Part shown: piece after piece, positions 35,464 through 44,360 of the stretch | Position numbering within the stretch: position 1 is the stretch's first letter | Layout of the letters: every line of letters begins with the position of its first letter | Virus record (IMG/VR): IMGVR_UViG_3300044478_000087 | Span: 1 to 50,041 of that record | DNA from: a virus | Taxonomy: Duplodnaviria > Caudoviricetes | Reading direction: 5' to 3' (one strand) | DNA: 50,041 nucleotides | Program-made: the position numbers and the translations under genes | The notes under the pieces: model-generated | Databases searched by the model: none | Seen by the model: the letters and a program-made list of their open reading frames with translations, nothing else | What the model was told of the DNA's origin: nothing

Positions 35464-36105
35464 TTATTGCTGTAGGTACACGGCCTGCGACGCGGCCAGG
35501 ATGTCGCCGTTCTCTTGGCGGTAGCGAAAATCCCACGGCCCCCACCCGGAAATGGTGCCAGGCAGGCTAAACACGCACTCCCCGGTGCCCGCCCCGCCCC
35601 CCGTGCACGCGGCGTTGGTCACGGCCATGGAGCTTACGATGGTATCCGGGCTGTCATACGCGACGTGGAAGGTGATGCTGTCTGTGCTCGCCGTCCCCTG
35701 GAGGCCGACCCAGCGCACCTTGACAGGGACGCCCACTTGCATCAGGTGGACTTCGGCGCTCATCCATCCGGGGAGGAGTTGCCCAGCGATCTCGGCATTG
35801 CTGTGCCCGGTCACCCCGCCGGTCACGGCCGAGAGCCCCTGGACGACGTAGGAATACCGGGGGATTTTCCGGCAGGGCGCACCCGTACAGACGGGGACCG
35901 CGTTATCCGTATAGGTGGCGGTGGGGTGCTCGACGTTCGCCAGCCAGACGTAGTTCCGCACCCCGATGGGGCCGTGGACCCCGCGATAAATCGTATAGGA
36001 CCCGGACACATCCCACTCCAGCGTGAGGGCGCGAGCGACCCCTGCTAGGGCCAGGACACCAGCCAGGACCAGGCCGGCGCGAAAAAACCTCGATGTCATT
36101 CTCAT
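35464..36105 (-). CDS. Secreted FN3-like protein
   Basis: Signal peptide ending ARA-L; LEW..Y.IYRG..YTD..YSY.V...SN. Confidence 0.65.
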   Translation of the reverse strand: MRMTSRFFRAGLVLAGVLALAGVARALTLEWDVSGSYTIYRGVHGPIGVRNYVWLANVEHPTATYTDNAVPVCTGAPCRKIPRYSYVVQGLSAVTGGVTGHSNAEIAGQLLPGWMSAEVHLMQVGVPVKVRWVGLQGTASTDSITFHVAYDSPDTIVSSMAVTNAACTGGGAGTGECVFSLPGTISGWGPWDFRYRQENGDILAASQAVYLQQ

Positions 36106-36980
36106 GTCACTCTCATTGCGCTCGCATTGGTGTTGACGAACAGGTGGCGCTGCGCCGGGTCGTTCGCCGTGTCAATAATGGCGCTGTCCCGGTGCGGCCC
36201 CGGCACCGCCCAGTCCTGGAAGCGCTCGCTGAACGTGTCGTCGATCTCGAAGATATGGAGGTGTTTCACGACGATGGTGGTGTCTACGTGCAGCCGCGCG
36301 CCACCCTCTGTCTTTAGGCGCCAGACAAAGCGTGTGTCCTGGCTGGCGAGCCTGGCTTGCGTGGCAGTGTTCACCGACTCATAGAACCACGGCTGCTGCA
36401 TCGCCAGGACGTGGTCCTTGTGGAAGAACAACACGCCACTGCCGATGAAGTCCACCGGCACCATCTCGCCGTCAGCGCGAGTCACCACGTGCACCATGTC
36501 GCCGTCCTCTTTGAGGCTACGGAAGGTTCGCGCCCGCAACTCCTGAGGGGAGATGCCCATCTCTTCGGGGGACTTCCAGCGCCAAGCCAGTGGCTGGAAG
36601 GGCAGCATCTTCTGGCTGGGGATGTACCCTCGGCTGGGAACCATGGCGGCTACCGCCGTGTAGCCGTCCTCAAAGCGCTTCGCCAGTCTGCAGAGCAGGT
36701 CCGGATCATAGACCTGGTCCGACCCGATGATGCCGATGACGTCGGCACCCCACGCCAGTCCCTGCTCGACGACGTGGGTGTGTCTCCGGGCGGGCGACCA
36801 CCCATCGCCGCGCACGATCTTCACGTCCCAGCCCTCCGGACGCTCCAGGGCAATGAGACTGTCCACAAATTTTGTAAAGACAAAGGGACTGGTCCAAACG
36901 TAACCGACAAACATCTTCGGCCTGAAGCTGGTATTTCCAAGGAGATGTTGCTGTTCGATGAAGCTCAGATTGAAGGCCAT
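36102..36980 (-). CDS. GT-A fold (family 2-like) glycosyltransferase
   Basis: AR.....GL..GAD....IGSDQ.Y.PD.L.RL, VDFIGSG, PWF, SQD..F, VDT.....H; AGAGG RBS. Confidence 0.7.
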   Translation of the reverse strand: MAFNLSFIEQQHLLGNTSFRPKMFVGYVWTSPFVFTKFVDSLIALERPEGWDVKIVRGDGWSPARRHTHVVEQGLAWGADVIGIIGSDQVYDPDLLCRLAKRFEDGYTAVAAMVPSRGYIPSQKMLPFQPLAWRWKSPEEMGISPQELRARTFRSLKEDGDMVHVVTRADGEMVPVDFIGSGVLFFHKDHVLAMQQPWFYESVNTATQARLASQDTRFVWRLKTEGGARLHVDTTIVVKHLHIFEIDDTFSERFQDWAVPGPHRDSAIIDTANDPAQRHLFVNTNASAMRVT

Positions 36981-37098
36981 AGTACCTCTGTCTGGGTAAC
37001 CAGGGCATGTGTTTTCGTGTATGACGTCCACGGGGTACCACCTGCCCTGGCCCGCCCAGAGGCGGATAGACGTATGGAACAAGGCATAACTAATTGAA

Positions 37099-38016
37099 CT
37101 AGCTTGCACTGGTGGCTGGTAAGCTCGCAATGCGCACCGGCCCATCAGCCCCGCCAGAGAATGCCGTTGCGTACCCCCCAAGGTCAATCCCCGATGCGAT
37201 CGTAGCTGCGGCGTTGTGGGTCCAATAGCAGTTGGCAATCAGTCCCTCGTTAACACTAACAGAACTATTAAAATCACAAAATAGGGCAGTTGCATCTAGT
37301 CCAACTGCGGTGCAGTTGAGGATGAGGCCCCCTGGACAACTGTCAGCGGTCGCAAGAAAAATTGCGTTGTCTAGCCCCGCATTTGTGTAGTTAAACGTGC
37401 AATTGCTGACCTTCCAGTTCGTAATGGAGCTGCTCCCCACCTCGAAGAAGAAGCAACTGTCTGGCCCGTTCGCTGTCGAGGTCCACGTGCACGCGTCGAA
37501 CCAGAACCGGTCGGCCCCGCTGGCGATGGTCACGCTCTCGGTCGGCGCGGCCGGGTGCGTAAAGTGGACGTTCGCCACCTCGAGTCCCGCCGCCGCAATA
37601 TTGATGTGCGCGGTGCAGCTCGTGGCGCCGATGAGGCGCACCCCCTCGATGCGGCACTCCGCCGCCGTGACGTTCACCAGGTCGATGGCGCCGCTCGACG
37701 TGAAGGCCGGCCGCGACCGCCCCACCCCGAGCCCCAGGAGGGTGACACCCGCCGTGCTCATCGTAATGGCCGTGGTGATCGTCTCCGCGTGCCCCGGCAA
37801 CACGATCACCATGTCTCCCCGGTTGGCGCGGCACTTGCTCAGACCCTGCGCCACGGTGGAGAAGGGGCGCAGGGGGTCATCCCCGGCGTTGTCGTTGCGG
37901 CCGACCGGGTTCGTGTTGCTCACGAACCAGATGCGGCCAGAGGTGAACATAGGGCTCAGGTTCAAGAATGGGGCGCCGCGCTCGCCCAAGATGCGGGGAT
38001 AGGCTGTGAGGGGCAT
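37099..38016 (-). CDS. Beta-helix virion (head decoration/fibre) protein
   Basis: WFVS.....G.DP..PFSTV..GL..C.ANRGD.V.V.PGH.ET; AGGAG RBS. Confidence 0.65.
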   Translation of the reverse strand: MPLTAYPRILGERGAPFLNLSPMFTSGRIWFVSNTNPVGRNDNAGDDPLRPFSTVAQGLSKCRANRGDMVIVLPGHAETITTAITMSTAGVTLLGLGVGRSRPAFTSSGAIDLVNVTAAECRIEGVRLIGATSCTAHINIAAAGLEVANVHFTHPAAPTESVTIASGADRFWFDACTWTSTANGPDSCFFFEVGSSSITNWKVSNCTFNYTNAGLDNAIFLATADSCPGGLILNCTAVGLDATALFCDFNSSVSVNEGLIANCYWTHNAAATIASGIDLGGYATAFSGGADGPVRIASLPATSAS

Positions 38017-38048
38017 GGCGTTCTCCTACGGCGTCGTCTCCTGGGGGC

Positions 38049-39128
38049 TTACGGCCACAAAGAGCGTGTCGCCTGCTGGGCAGGCTCTGCCGTCTGGGCA
38101 GGCTCTGCATGCTTCTTCAGGGCCTCGATGGTGGTCTCCGCTTTCTCGAGGACCCCCCGTGTCCAGCGGCCGTCCAGGTCCGAATGCCGCAGCTGGCTAT
38201 CCGAGAGGCCGCTTTCTTTACAAAACTTGTATCGGGACATGCCCAGCTCGCGCAGGGCCTCGGCAAACCACCCCGCCGGCTTCTGCACGCGCTCCGCCGG
38301 CTGAAAGCGGGTGGGATGACTGGCCGCCTCCCGCACCGCTTCCGTGCCAGGGAGCGTGATCTGCAGCGCCTCGTCGTCTTCGGCGTCTTCCGCGCCGTAG
38401 TTGAGTTCCGGGTCGTCCTCGTCCTCGTCCGCTGTTCTGGCCCCCTGATGGCTCTGGCGCAGCCGTTCCATGGCGGCTTCGTACATCTTGGGGGACCAGG
38501 AGAGTTCCTTGCAGATGTTGGGCTTAGACCAGTTGAGGAGTTTCAGCTCGAGGAAGTGATGGTAGGCGCTGTCGTCCATGTCGCGGATGAGGTCGTCTTC
38601 GATCACCTCATCCCACTTGATCTGGTCAAAGTTCTGCGTGTAGCGCCTGGGATCGCCCCTGACCGTATCCCCGCGCAGCCGCGCCACGGAGAGGAAGTTG
38701 GGCTCCGTGTTGCCGGGGTCCAGGATCTGGAGGCACGCCTTCCAGGCCAAGACACGCTTCTTGTGCTCCCGTTCCCAGGCAACGTGATGATCAATGTCTG
38801 TCGGACGGCCGCGCTCCATCATGCCGTAGGTGGGCAGCGCGTGCGTAATCTGCTCCCGAAGGTGCTGCTCCAACCGCCGCACCTTCGCCAGCTGGACGGA
38901 CGGGAGCTGTGGCGGCGTGCCGTGCGCCAGCATGGCCTGCTCTTTGGCCACCTGCTGGCGCACGGTTTCCGGGTCGCCGCCTGCCATCTCAAACACGACG
39001 GGATTGGCGAGGCGCTCCTGCTGCTCGGCAATGGAGCGTTGCAGGTCGCCGCGCTGGTCCGGCCGCAGGTAGGTCGCCTTCGCCAGGTGCTCCACGGTGA
39101 GATGCGATTCGGGGACATGGTCAGGCAA
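38049..39128 (-). CDS. Hypothetical protein with two HTH-like segments
   Basis: LLNWSKPNICKELSWS..MY (sigma region 4-like) and ALRELGMSRYKFCKESGLSDSQL (XRE-like); TTG start after TAAGGAG. Confidence 0.6.
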   Translation of the reverse strand: MPDHVPESHLTVEHLAKATYLRPDQRGDLQRSIAEQQERLANPVVFEMAGGDPETVRQQVAKEQAMLAHGTPPQLPSVQLAKVRRLEQHLREQITHALPTYGMMERGRPTDIDHHVAWEREHKKRVLAWKACLQILDPGNTEPNFLSVARLRGDTVRGDPRRYTQNFDQIKWDEVIEDDLIRDMDDSAYHHFLELKLLNWSKPNICKELSWSPKMYEAAMERLRQSHQGARTADEDEDDPELNYGAEDAEDDEALQITLPGTEAVREAASHPTRFQPAERVQKPAGWFAEALRELGMSRYKFCKESGLSDSQLRHSDLDGRWTRGVLEKAETTIEALKKHAEPAQTAEPAQQATRSLWP

Positions 39129-39140
39129 AACTATAACTCC

Positions 39141-40058
39141 TTATGAAACAGTGGCCCATAGCACCCATCGCCAGCCAAATATCATGAACGAGTACCGCAT
39201 GTAGCCCGAACACTTCAGCTGGTATGTTTCAAAGTCAAGCGTACTATTAAAATCAGGCTTCGTATGATCGAACCATATGCAGTTGTCCTTCATCATGGAC
39301 TTGTTGACCAAGCCCCAGTTCGTGGAGCTCGTCATGTGCAGCGGCACGATGATGTCTGCGGTGTTGGCCTCCGGGTTCATGGTGCGCCGGGCGTTGTCCG
39401 GGTCGCCAGGCGACATCAGGATTTCCTGGGCGCGCTGTTCCAACTCGATCGGCACGACGAGCGCGTCACCGATGACGTTCGCGATGTAGCCCTGATCGTT
39501 CGCAAACCTGCGCATCTGTTGCCTTGCCGCCCGGTACGCCGTGGGGCTGAGCTCCGCCGTGGTCAGGTTGTCGAACCCGGTGGTCGTGCTGACGTTCGGC
39601 GTGCGCGTCGTGTGGCTGTCGCTGGCGATGGGGACGCCCTCGGACCGTGTGTAGAACATTGAGTCGTTGGAGGACATGAAGTTCCAAAGCCTGGCGCCGT
39701 GCTGCTGCCGGGTGATGACGGCGGCGTCCACCATCTTGCGGTAGCGATCCCCGCGCATGATCCCGGTCAGGTCGTCGTCCATGAGCCGCCGTGTCGTCCG
39801 GTACGCCTGGGTCAGCTCAACGTGGGTCGCCACAGCGTTGTACTGTTCCACAAACTGGGCATAGGTCAGGGATCCACCGAACGCCTGCCAGGTCGGCAAT
39901 TCCCCAACACTCCCCCGCCGCTCCTCGAACGAGTCGCTCGTCTGCATGGAGAAGAACAGGGGGAGCTGGTCCGTGAGATTTGCGACCTGCTCATCGTATA
40001 TTTCTTTATATCTACGGTCCAAAAGAGACTGGAAACTTGAGACATCTAGCTCTGGCAT
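39141..40058 (-). CDS. Major capsid protein (Mu gpT-like, HK97 fold)
   Basis: 305 aa; S...FEE, Y.....H......Y..T..L.DD, LVVP.ELE..A.EIL.S, N.MNP, RYSF...WR. Confidence 0.85.
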   Translation of the reverse strand: MPELDVSSFQSLLDRRYKEIYDEQVANLTDQLPLFFSMQTSDSFEERRGSVGELPTWQAFGGSLTYAQFVEQYNAVATHVELTQAYRTTRRLMDDDLTGIMRGDRYRKMVDAAVITRQQHGARLWNFMSSNDSMFYTRSEGVPIASDSHTTRTPNVSTTTGFDNLTTAELSPTAYRAARQQMRRFANDQGYIANVIGDALVVPIELEQRAQEILMSPGDPDNARRTMNPEANTADIIVPLHMTSSTNWGLVNKSMMKDNCIWFDHTKPDFNSTLDFETYQLKCSGYMRYSFMIFGWRWVLWATVS

Positions 40059-40079
40059 TTTTTATACTGCTCCTATTAG

Positions 40080-40853
40080 CTATGCCGATTCTGGGTTCAG
40101 GTTATGGTCTCTACTGATACAGTCCACATAGGCCTGATCCCTTGCTTCGTCTATCAGCACGCCAATGACCGTGAACGCCGCCCCGGTGCTGGTTGCGATG
40201 ATCCCGTTCGCCTCCACGAAGTTGGAGGTCAGCTGGACGGCCTGCACCGCCCGCGAGTACGGCACACGGATGAACGTGTCCCCCACGGCCAGCGTCGACA
40301 CGAAGCTCATGGCGGTGGTGCAGCTGGTGCTGTTCGAGTGCGCCGTGAGCTTGCGAATTTGCCCCGCGTTGTTGCCTGTCCTCCCCTTCACCAGCCCGTG
40401 CGTCATGTCGATGGTGCCTACCGCTGTGTCGGTGATGAGCCCGTACGGGGCCGCCACGTCTGCCGTATCGTTGGAGAGGATGTTGGCCGGGGTCGCGGAG
40501 GCCGGGGCCAGCGCCGTGCCACTGGTGGCGCCGCCGGCGATGGGGAAGCGGTAGATCATGAACGGGTCCACTTCGATGCGTACCAGGTTCTCCAAACCCC
40601 CGGCCGCCACATTGAGGAGCTTGCCCCCCAGGTCGTAGCGCGGATCCACCGTGAGGCTGCCCACGCTTGTGGCCGCGTCCTGGGCAATCCCGATGCAGTC
40701 TGCCGCCGCCGTGGTCGTGGGGTTGAGCACCTCCCCCAGGGCGGAGGTCGTGACCTCCCGGATAAGCACCTGCCCGGCGACCACCGCCGCGCTCACAAAA
40801 AAGTCCAGCAGGAACCCTGTCCCGCCCGTTAAACACCGCACCGTCATCGCCAT
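40080..40853 (-). CDS. Capsid cement/decoration protein
   Basis: Immediately upstream of the capsid gene; Ala/Thr/Gly-rich beta protein; GAAGGT RBS. Confidence 0.6.
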   Translation of the reverse strand: MAMTVRCLTGGTGFLLDFFVSAAVVAGQVLIREVTTSALGEVLNPTTTAAADCIGIAQDAATSVGSLTVDPRYDLGGKLLNVAAGGLENLVRIEVDPFMIYRFPIAGGATSGTALAPASATPANILSNDTADVAAPYGLITDTAVGTIDMTHGLVKGRTGNNAGQIRKLTAHSNSTSCTTAMSFVSTLAVGDTFIRVPYSRAVQAVQLTSNFVEANGIIATSTGAAFTVIGVLIDEARDQAYVDCISRDHNLNPESA

Positions 40854-40905
40854 AACGCACCTTCCTTCAGGGTTTGGGGCCGCGACTACGTGTCTTGGCC
40901 TTGTG

Positions 40906-42051
40906 CTAGTTCTTCTGCCCGAACATGTCCATCTGCTGCCACTGCTCCACGCGGAGGCAGTGCGGGCTCAGCCAGAGGCGCTCCCTCCCAGCGTTTTCCC
41001 TGCCTCGCGCCTGTCCCTGATTGCCATACCCTCCCGGCGCCTTCCACGCTATTTCCCGCCACGCTGGGGGCATCTGATGCTCGCCCTCGTAGCCACACAG
41101 CGCGATACGTAGCTGTGGATCATCCCCATGCGCAATTGCCCACTCCCGCACTGCCGCCGCGCAATCCTCCTCAACCCCGTATATCGCGTCGTCTCGCTCC
41201 TTGTGGTTATAAGGAGGGTCGAGGAAAATCCCAGTAAGCCCCTGTTCCGTCGTGGGGCTTGGCCCAAGCACCCGCTGCCAATCCCCGCAGCACACCCGGA
41301 CACGTGCCAAGCGGTCGCTCAATGCTCTCATCCAATCGCGTAAGCCCTCTCCATGCAAGTCCTGGCGCTGGACGCCTTGCCCGGAGTTCCCCAGATGCAC
41401 CCGCTTACGCGGCACCCCTCTCCCGGCGTCCCCCAGATGCACCAGCGGGCGCTGCACCCCTTGCCCACCGTTCCCCAGATGCACCCGCGGCCGCTGCACC
41501 CCTCTCCCGGCGTTCCCCAGATGCACCAGCGGGCGCTTCACGCCTTCCCTAGCGTCCCCCAGACGCACCAGCTGGCGGCATCCTTCCTCGTCTAGCACCA
41601 CGCTCCACGGGCCAGTGGTGTCCTCATTGCACCACCCCCCCCCGATCCAGCACGCAATGCCCCACAGCCACCACCCCGCGATCTTGGCATCATAATAGTC
41701 CGGATCGCCCTCCAGCCTCCGGGTTAGCGCGGCCCTGCGCTCCCGCAGCCACACATGGCGTGCGTGCAAGTCACACTCGTTCACCACCCAATCGGCATAG
41801 TACGCTACCTGGTCCGGGTCCCCCCTCATGGCACGGAAGGCGTTACAGATGAAGCCGTCTTTGTCATTGGCTGTTTCAATGCCGGGCTCGTGCGGGCGCC
41901 CTAGCAGCACGGCGAGACTCCCCGCGAAGGCTTCTACATAGTTGGGGACGTCACCCAGGGCTTTCCAGATGATCGACGCCACCCGACTTTTGCCACCAAA
42001 CCACGGGAACGGGGCTTTGAGCCCCGTTCTTCGTTGCATCTCCTCCAGCAT
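40906..42051 (-). CDS. N6-adenine DNA methyltransferase (D12/Dam class) with internal repeats
   Basis: PFPWFGGKS, YVEAFAGS, ANDKDG, FLDPPY. Confidence 0.88.
   Translation of the reverse strand: MLEEMQRRTGLKAPFPWFGGKSRVASIIWKALGDVPNYVEAFAGSLAVLLGRPHEPGIETANDKDGFICNAFRAMRGDPDQVAYYADWVVNECDLHARHVWLRERRAALTRRLEGDPDYYDAKIAGWWLWGIACWIGGGWCNEDTTGPWSVVLDEEGCRQLVRLGDAREGVKRPLVHLGNAGRGVQRPRVHLGNGGQGVQRPLVHLGDAGRGVPRKRVHLGNSGQGVQRQDLHGEGLRDWMRALSDRLARVRVCCGDWQRVLGPSPTTEQGLTGIFLDPPYNHKERDDAIYGVEEDCAAAVREWAIAHGDDPQLRIALCGYEGEHQMPPAWREIAWKAPGGYGNQGQARGRENAGRERLWLSPHCLRVEQWQQMDMFGQKN
41365..41577 (-). repeat. Five tandem 42-bp (14-aa) repeats inside the methyltransferase
   Basis: CCCCAGAYGCAC at 41389, 41431, 41473, 41515 and 41557. 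Confidence 0.95.
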
Positions 42052-42055
42052 CGTG

Positions 42056-42457
42056 CTACCTCGCGTTGAGGAGGAACCTGCGGTCCCTCACCGCCGCTGC
42101 GCGTTCCCGCGCCCGCGTCTCCCGCACTGACCGCGTGGCTCGGGCCATCGCCTGGTGGTACGATCCGTCCACCGCCATGTACATGTTCGCTGCCGTGAAG
42201 TCGTCCCGGCAGTAGTCGCACGCCGCTTGTTCGGCGTGAAAACCTTTCACCAGCGCGTAGTTATATCGCGACTCCCACCGCCGGGGCATTTTGTGCTCGC
42301 ACGAGGCACACAGGATGAGCGTCTTGCGCAGGGCCATCAGGTCCCGCACCATACTCGCTAAGCCATCCGGCCTGCGCCATTTGTGGAACGGGAGGGCGCG
42401 CTTCGCCCACGCGCCCGTCCTCAGTTGGAATTCCTCGCCGATCCGTGAGAGTCGCAT
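42056..42457 (-). CDS. Zn-binding hypothetical protein
   Basis: CASC ... CDYC. Confidence 0.65.
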   Translation of the reverse strand: MRLSRIGEEFQLRTGAWAKRALPFHKWRRPDGLASMVRDLMALRKTLILCASCEHKMPRRWESRYNYALVKGFHAEQAACDYCRDDFTAANMYMAVDGSYHQAMARATRSVRETRARERAAAVRDRRFLLNAR

Positions 42458-42465
42458 CCTATTTC

Positions 42466-42489
42466 CTGATTGACCGATTAGTCAACTAT
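42466..42489. promoter_or_regulatory. Operator-like palindrome TTGACCGATTAGTCAA between a -10-like hexamer and the RBS
   Basis: Imperfect 16-bp palindrome at 42470-42485; matches 4973-4996. Confidence 0.5.
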
Positions 42490-42507
42490 ACCGTAAAAAA
42501 GAGGCCA

Positions 42508-42825
42508 TCACCGCAAGAGGTCTGGCGCACTCCCGCTGCCCCAGTTGGCGGCCCCACAGTGGGGGCAGCTCTGGTACGCGATGTAGCGCACCTCCGTTGT
42601 TTTGTCGATAACGCTGCCGAGCTGGTCCACGGGCGTCCCTGCAGGTGGCTGGTATGTCGTCCCCGTGGTGATCACCTCGAAGACGGCTTCTTCCGGATCC
42701 GTCCAGCGCTCGGCGTCGATTCCTTTGAACCCACAGACCGAACAGCTTACAGGTTCCTCTTGCCGGTCCACGTACGGGTCATAGCCCGCGTTTTGGTACG
42801 GCCTCAACGTCTGGCGTCTGTTCAT
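42508..42825 (-). CDS. Zn-ribbon hypothetical protein
   Basis: CSVCG ... CPHCG. Confidence 0.65.
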   Translation of the reverse strand: MNRRQTLRPYQNAGYDPYVDRQEEPVSCSVCGFKGIDAERWTDPEEAVFEVITTGTTYQPPAGTPVDQLGSVIDKTTEVRYIAYQSCPHCGAANWGSGSAPDLLR

Positions 42826-42838
42826 CGTCGCTACTACT

Positions 42839-42918
42839 CCATGCGCCCAGGAGACTCCTTCCTGGTGAGTAACCGAATGGACGTTTCCCATGCCGCGCTT
42901 CCTTCGGCAGGCGCATGG
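42839..42918 (+). ncRNA. Third, diverged copy of the UGRUGAGUAACCGAAY stem-loop element
   Basis: 22/24 identity to the repeat core; different stems (GGAGAC/GTTTCC and CCATGCGCC/GGCGCATGG). Confidence 0.45.
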
Positions 42919-42927
42919 GCGAAGCCC

Positions 42928-43119
42928 TTACACCGTCGGCGGCCTTGCCAGGTACGCCTGCGCATCTTTCGCCGCCGCTACGAGTCCCCCTGCCACTGCC
43001 ACGACCCACTCGCCGTTGGTGACTATGCCGTCGTTCGTTGCCCCGGCGATGAGGGCGGTGCCCGCCGTGATGACGAGCTGGACGAGTGCGGAGAACACGA
43101 TCTTGCGCCAGTCGGTCAT
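42928..43119 (-). CDS. Small two-TM protein, holin-like
   Basis: 63 aa, two hydrophobic helices with a short turn; ATGA-coupled to the scaffold gene. Confidence 0.55.
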   Translation of the reverse strand: MTDWRKIVFSALVQLVITAGTALIAGATNDGIVTNGEWVVAVAGGLVAAAKDAQAYLARPPTV

Positions 43120-44123
43120 GCTGATGGCCCCCGGCGTCCCTGATATTCCGCGATGCGCCGGCTCTTTTCTTCCGCCGGGAGGCCGTCGAAGAAATGTTTC
43201 GCCGCTGCCTTCGGGTCTGCCGGCATGTTTGGCCAGCCCTTACGGACGCGCGGATCGGCGAGGAGCGCCAGTTCCCCCGCCCGCAACAGCTCGATGGCTT
43301 CCACCGCGCGTTTAGCTGGCTTGCTGCCACTTCCTGTGGCTTGGACTCCCCCGACCTGCGCTGCCCGGCTTTCCATGCGCCGTCCTTCCTGGACCCCGGA
43401 CTTCAGCCGGATGTCTGCTGCCAATCGGTCAACGATGCGCGCGTCAACCATCCGCTGGCTTCCGTCCGGGCCAACCATGGGGACCTCGAAGCGTGCGTCT
43501 TTTGTGTAAAGGAACTGGGTGGCCGGGGCCGCCGCGAATCCATCGTAGGACTCCCACACGGCCTGACTTAATGGCGACCTGGGGTCCTGCATGTCCGGGT
43601 GGTTCTGCCCCACGATCGTCTGCACCGTGCTGCGCTGCCCTAGTTCCATGAGCTCTTCGCGGATGAGACGTTTGTAGGTCTCCTGGTCGGGTGCGTCGGC
43701 TCTTGTGGTGGCTTGCACGGTGGCCTGGGCCAGTGCCTGCTCAACCATGTCCAGGTCCGTTTCCTGCCCATCGAGCCAGGATTTGAGCGCCCGTTTGAGT
43801 TGGCCTGGGCTGTATGCCGGCTGGGATGGGCCCTGGGGTTCTCGTCCTGGGACTGTCAGTTGTCCCTCAATCCGCGCAAGCCGTTCCTTGAGGGCTTGGG
43901 CTTCTTCCATGTTGCGGCGGGACTGGCTTTCCCACCCTCTACGCTCTCTGAGGTATTGTTCGTTGAGCCGGGTCATATCGGCAATCCGGGCCTGCAATTC
44001 TGTGACGTCTGGATTCCCCGCAGACGGCGCCTGGGGTTGCTCCTCTGCCGGCGATTCGAGGCCCACTTCAACGGATGAGCTGGCGCTGCCGTCTTCAAGC
44101 GGGATGGTCGTTTCTTCCGCCAT
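43116..44123 (-). CDS. Capsid scaffolding protein
   Basis: Acidic disordered N-terminus, coiled coil; lies between portal and capsid genes. Confidence 0.7.
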   Translation of the reverse strand: MAEETTIPLEDGSASSSVEVGLESPAEEQPQAPSAGNPDVTELQARIADMTRLNEQYLRERRGWESQSRRNMEEAQALKERLARIEGQLTVPGREPQGPSQPAYSPGQLKRALKSWLDGQETDLDMVEQALAQATVQATTRADAPDQETYKRLIREELMELGQRSTVQTIVGQNHPDMQDPRSPLSQAVWESYDGFAAAPATQFLYTKDARFEVPMVGPDGSQRMVDARIVDRLAADIRLKSGVQEGRRMESRAAQVGGVQATGSGSKPAKRAVEAIELLRAGELALLADPRVRKGWPNMPADPKAAAKHFFDGLPAEEKSRRIAEYQGRRGPSA

Positions 44124-44328
44124 GATGTTGCAATCCTTCTGATGGAGAATGATACGGAGGAATCACCGCGTGGGTGCGTACCATTCCTCGGGGCGCCACC
44201 TGCGGAGACTCGCGGCCCCGTGTGGGGGTCAGTCCCACGGGGCCTTGGATTCACTGTGTCCGTTGTATGCTCTTGTGTCGTCTCGTCTTGTCCCTCTATA
44301 ACCTCCTTTCGGATTTACGGGTACTCTG

Positions 44329-44357
44329 AGCATATCTTGTTCCCTATGGTCATGCAA
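44329..44357 (-). promoter_or_regulatory. Sigma70-like promoter upstream of the scaffold gene
   Basis: TTGCAT-17 bp-TATGCT. Confidence 0.5.
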
Positions 44358-44360
44358 GTC

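Noticed and set aside
41365-41577. CRISPR array or DGR template/variable repeat
   Set aside because: The repeats are contiguous, in-frame coding units without spacers, and no reverse transcriptase is present
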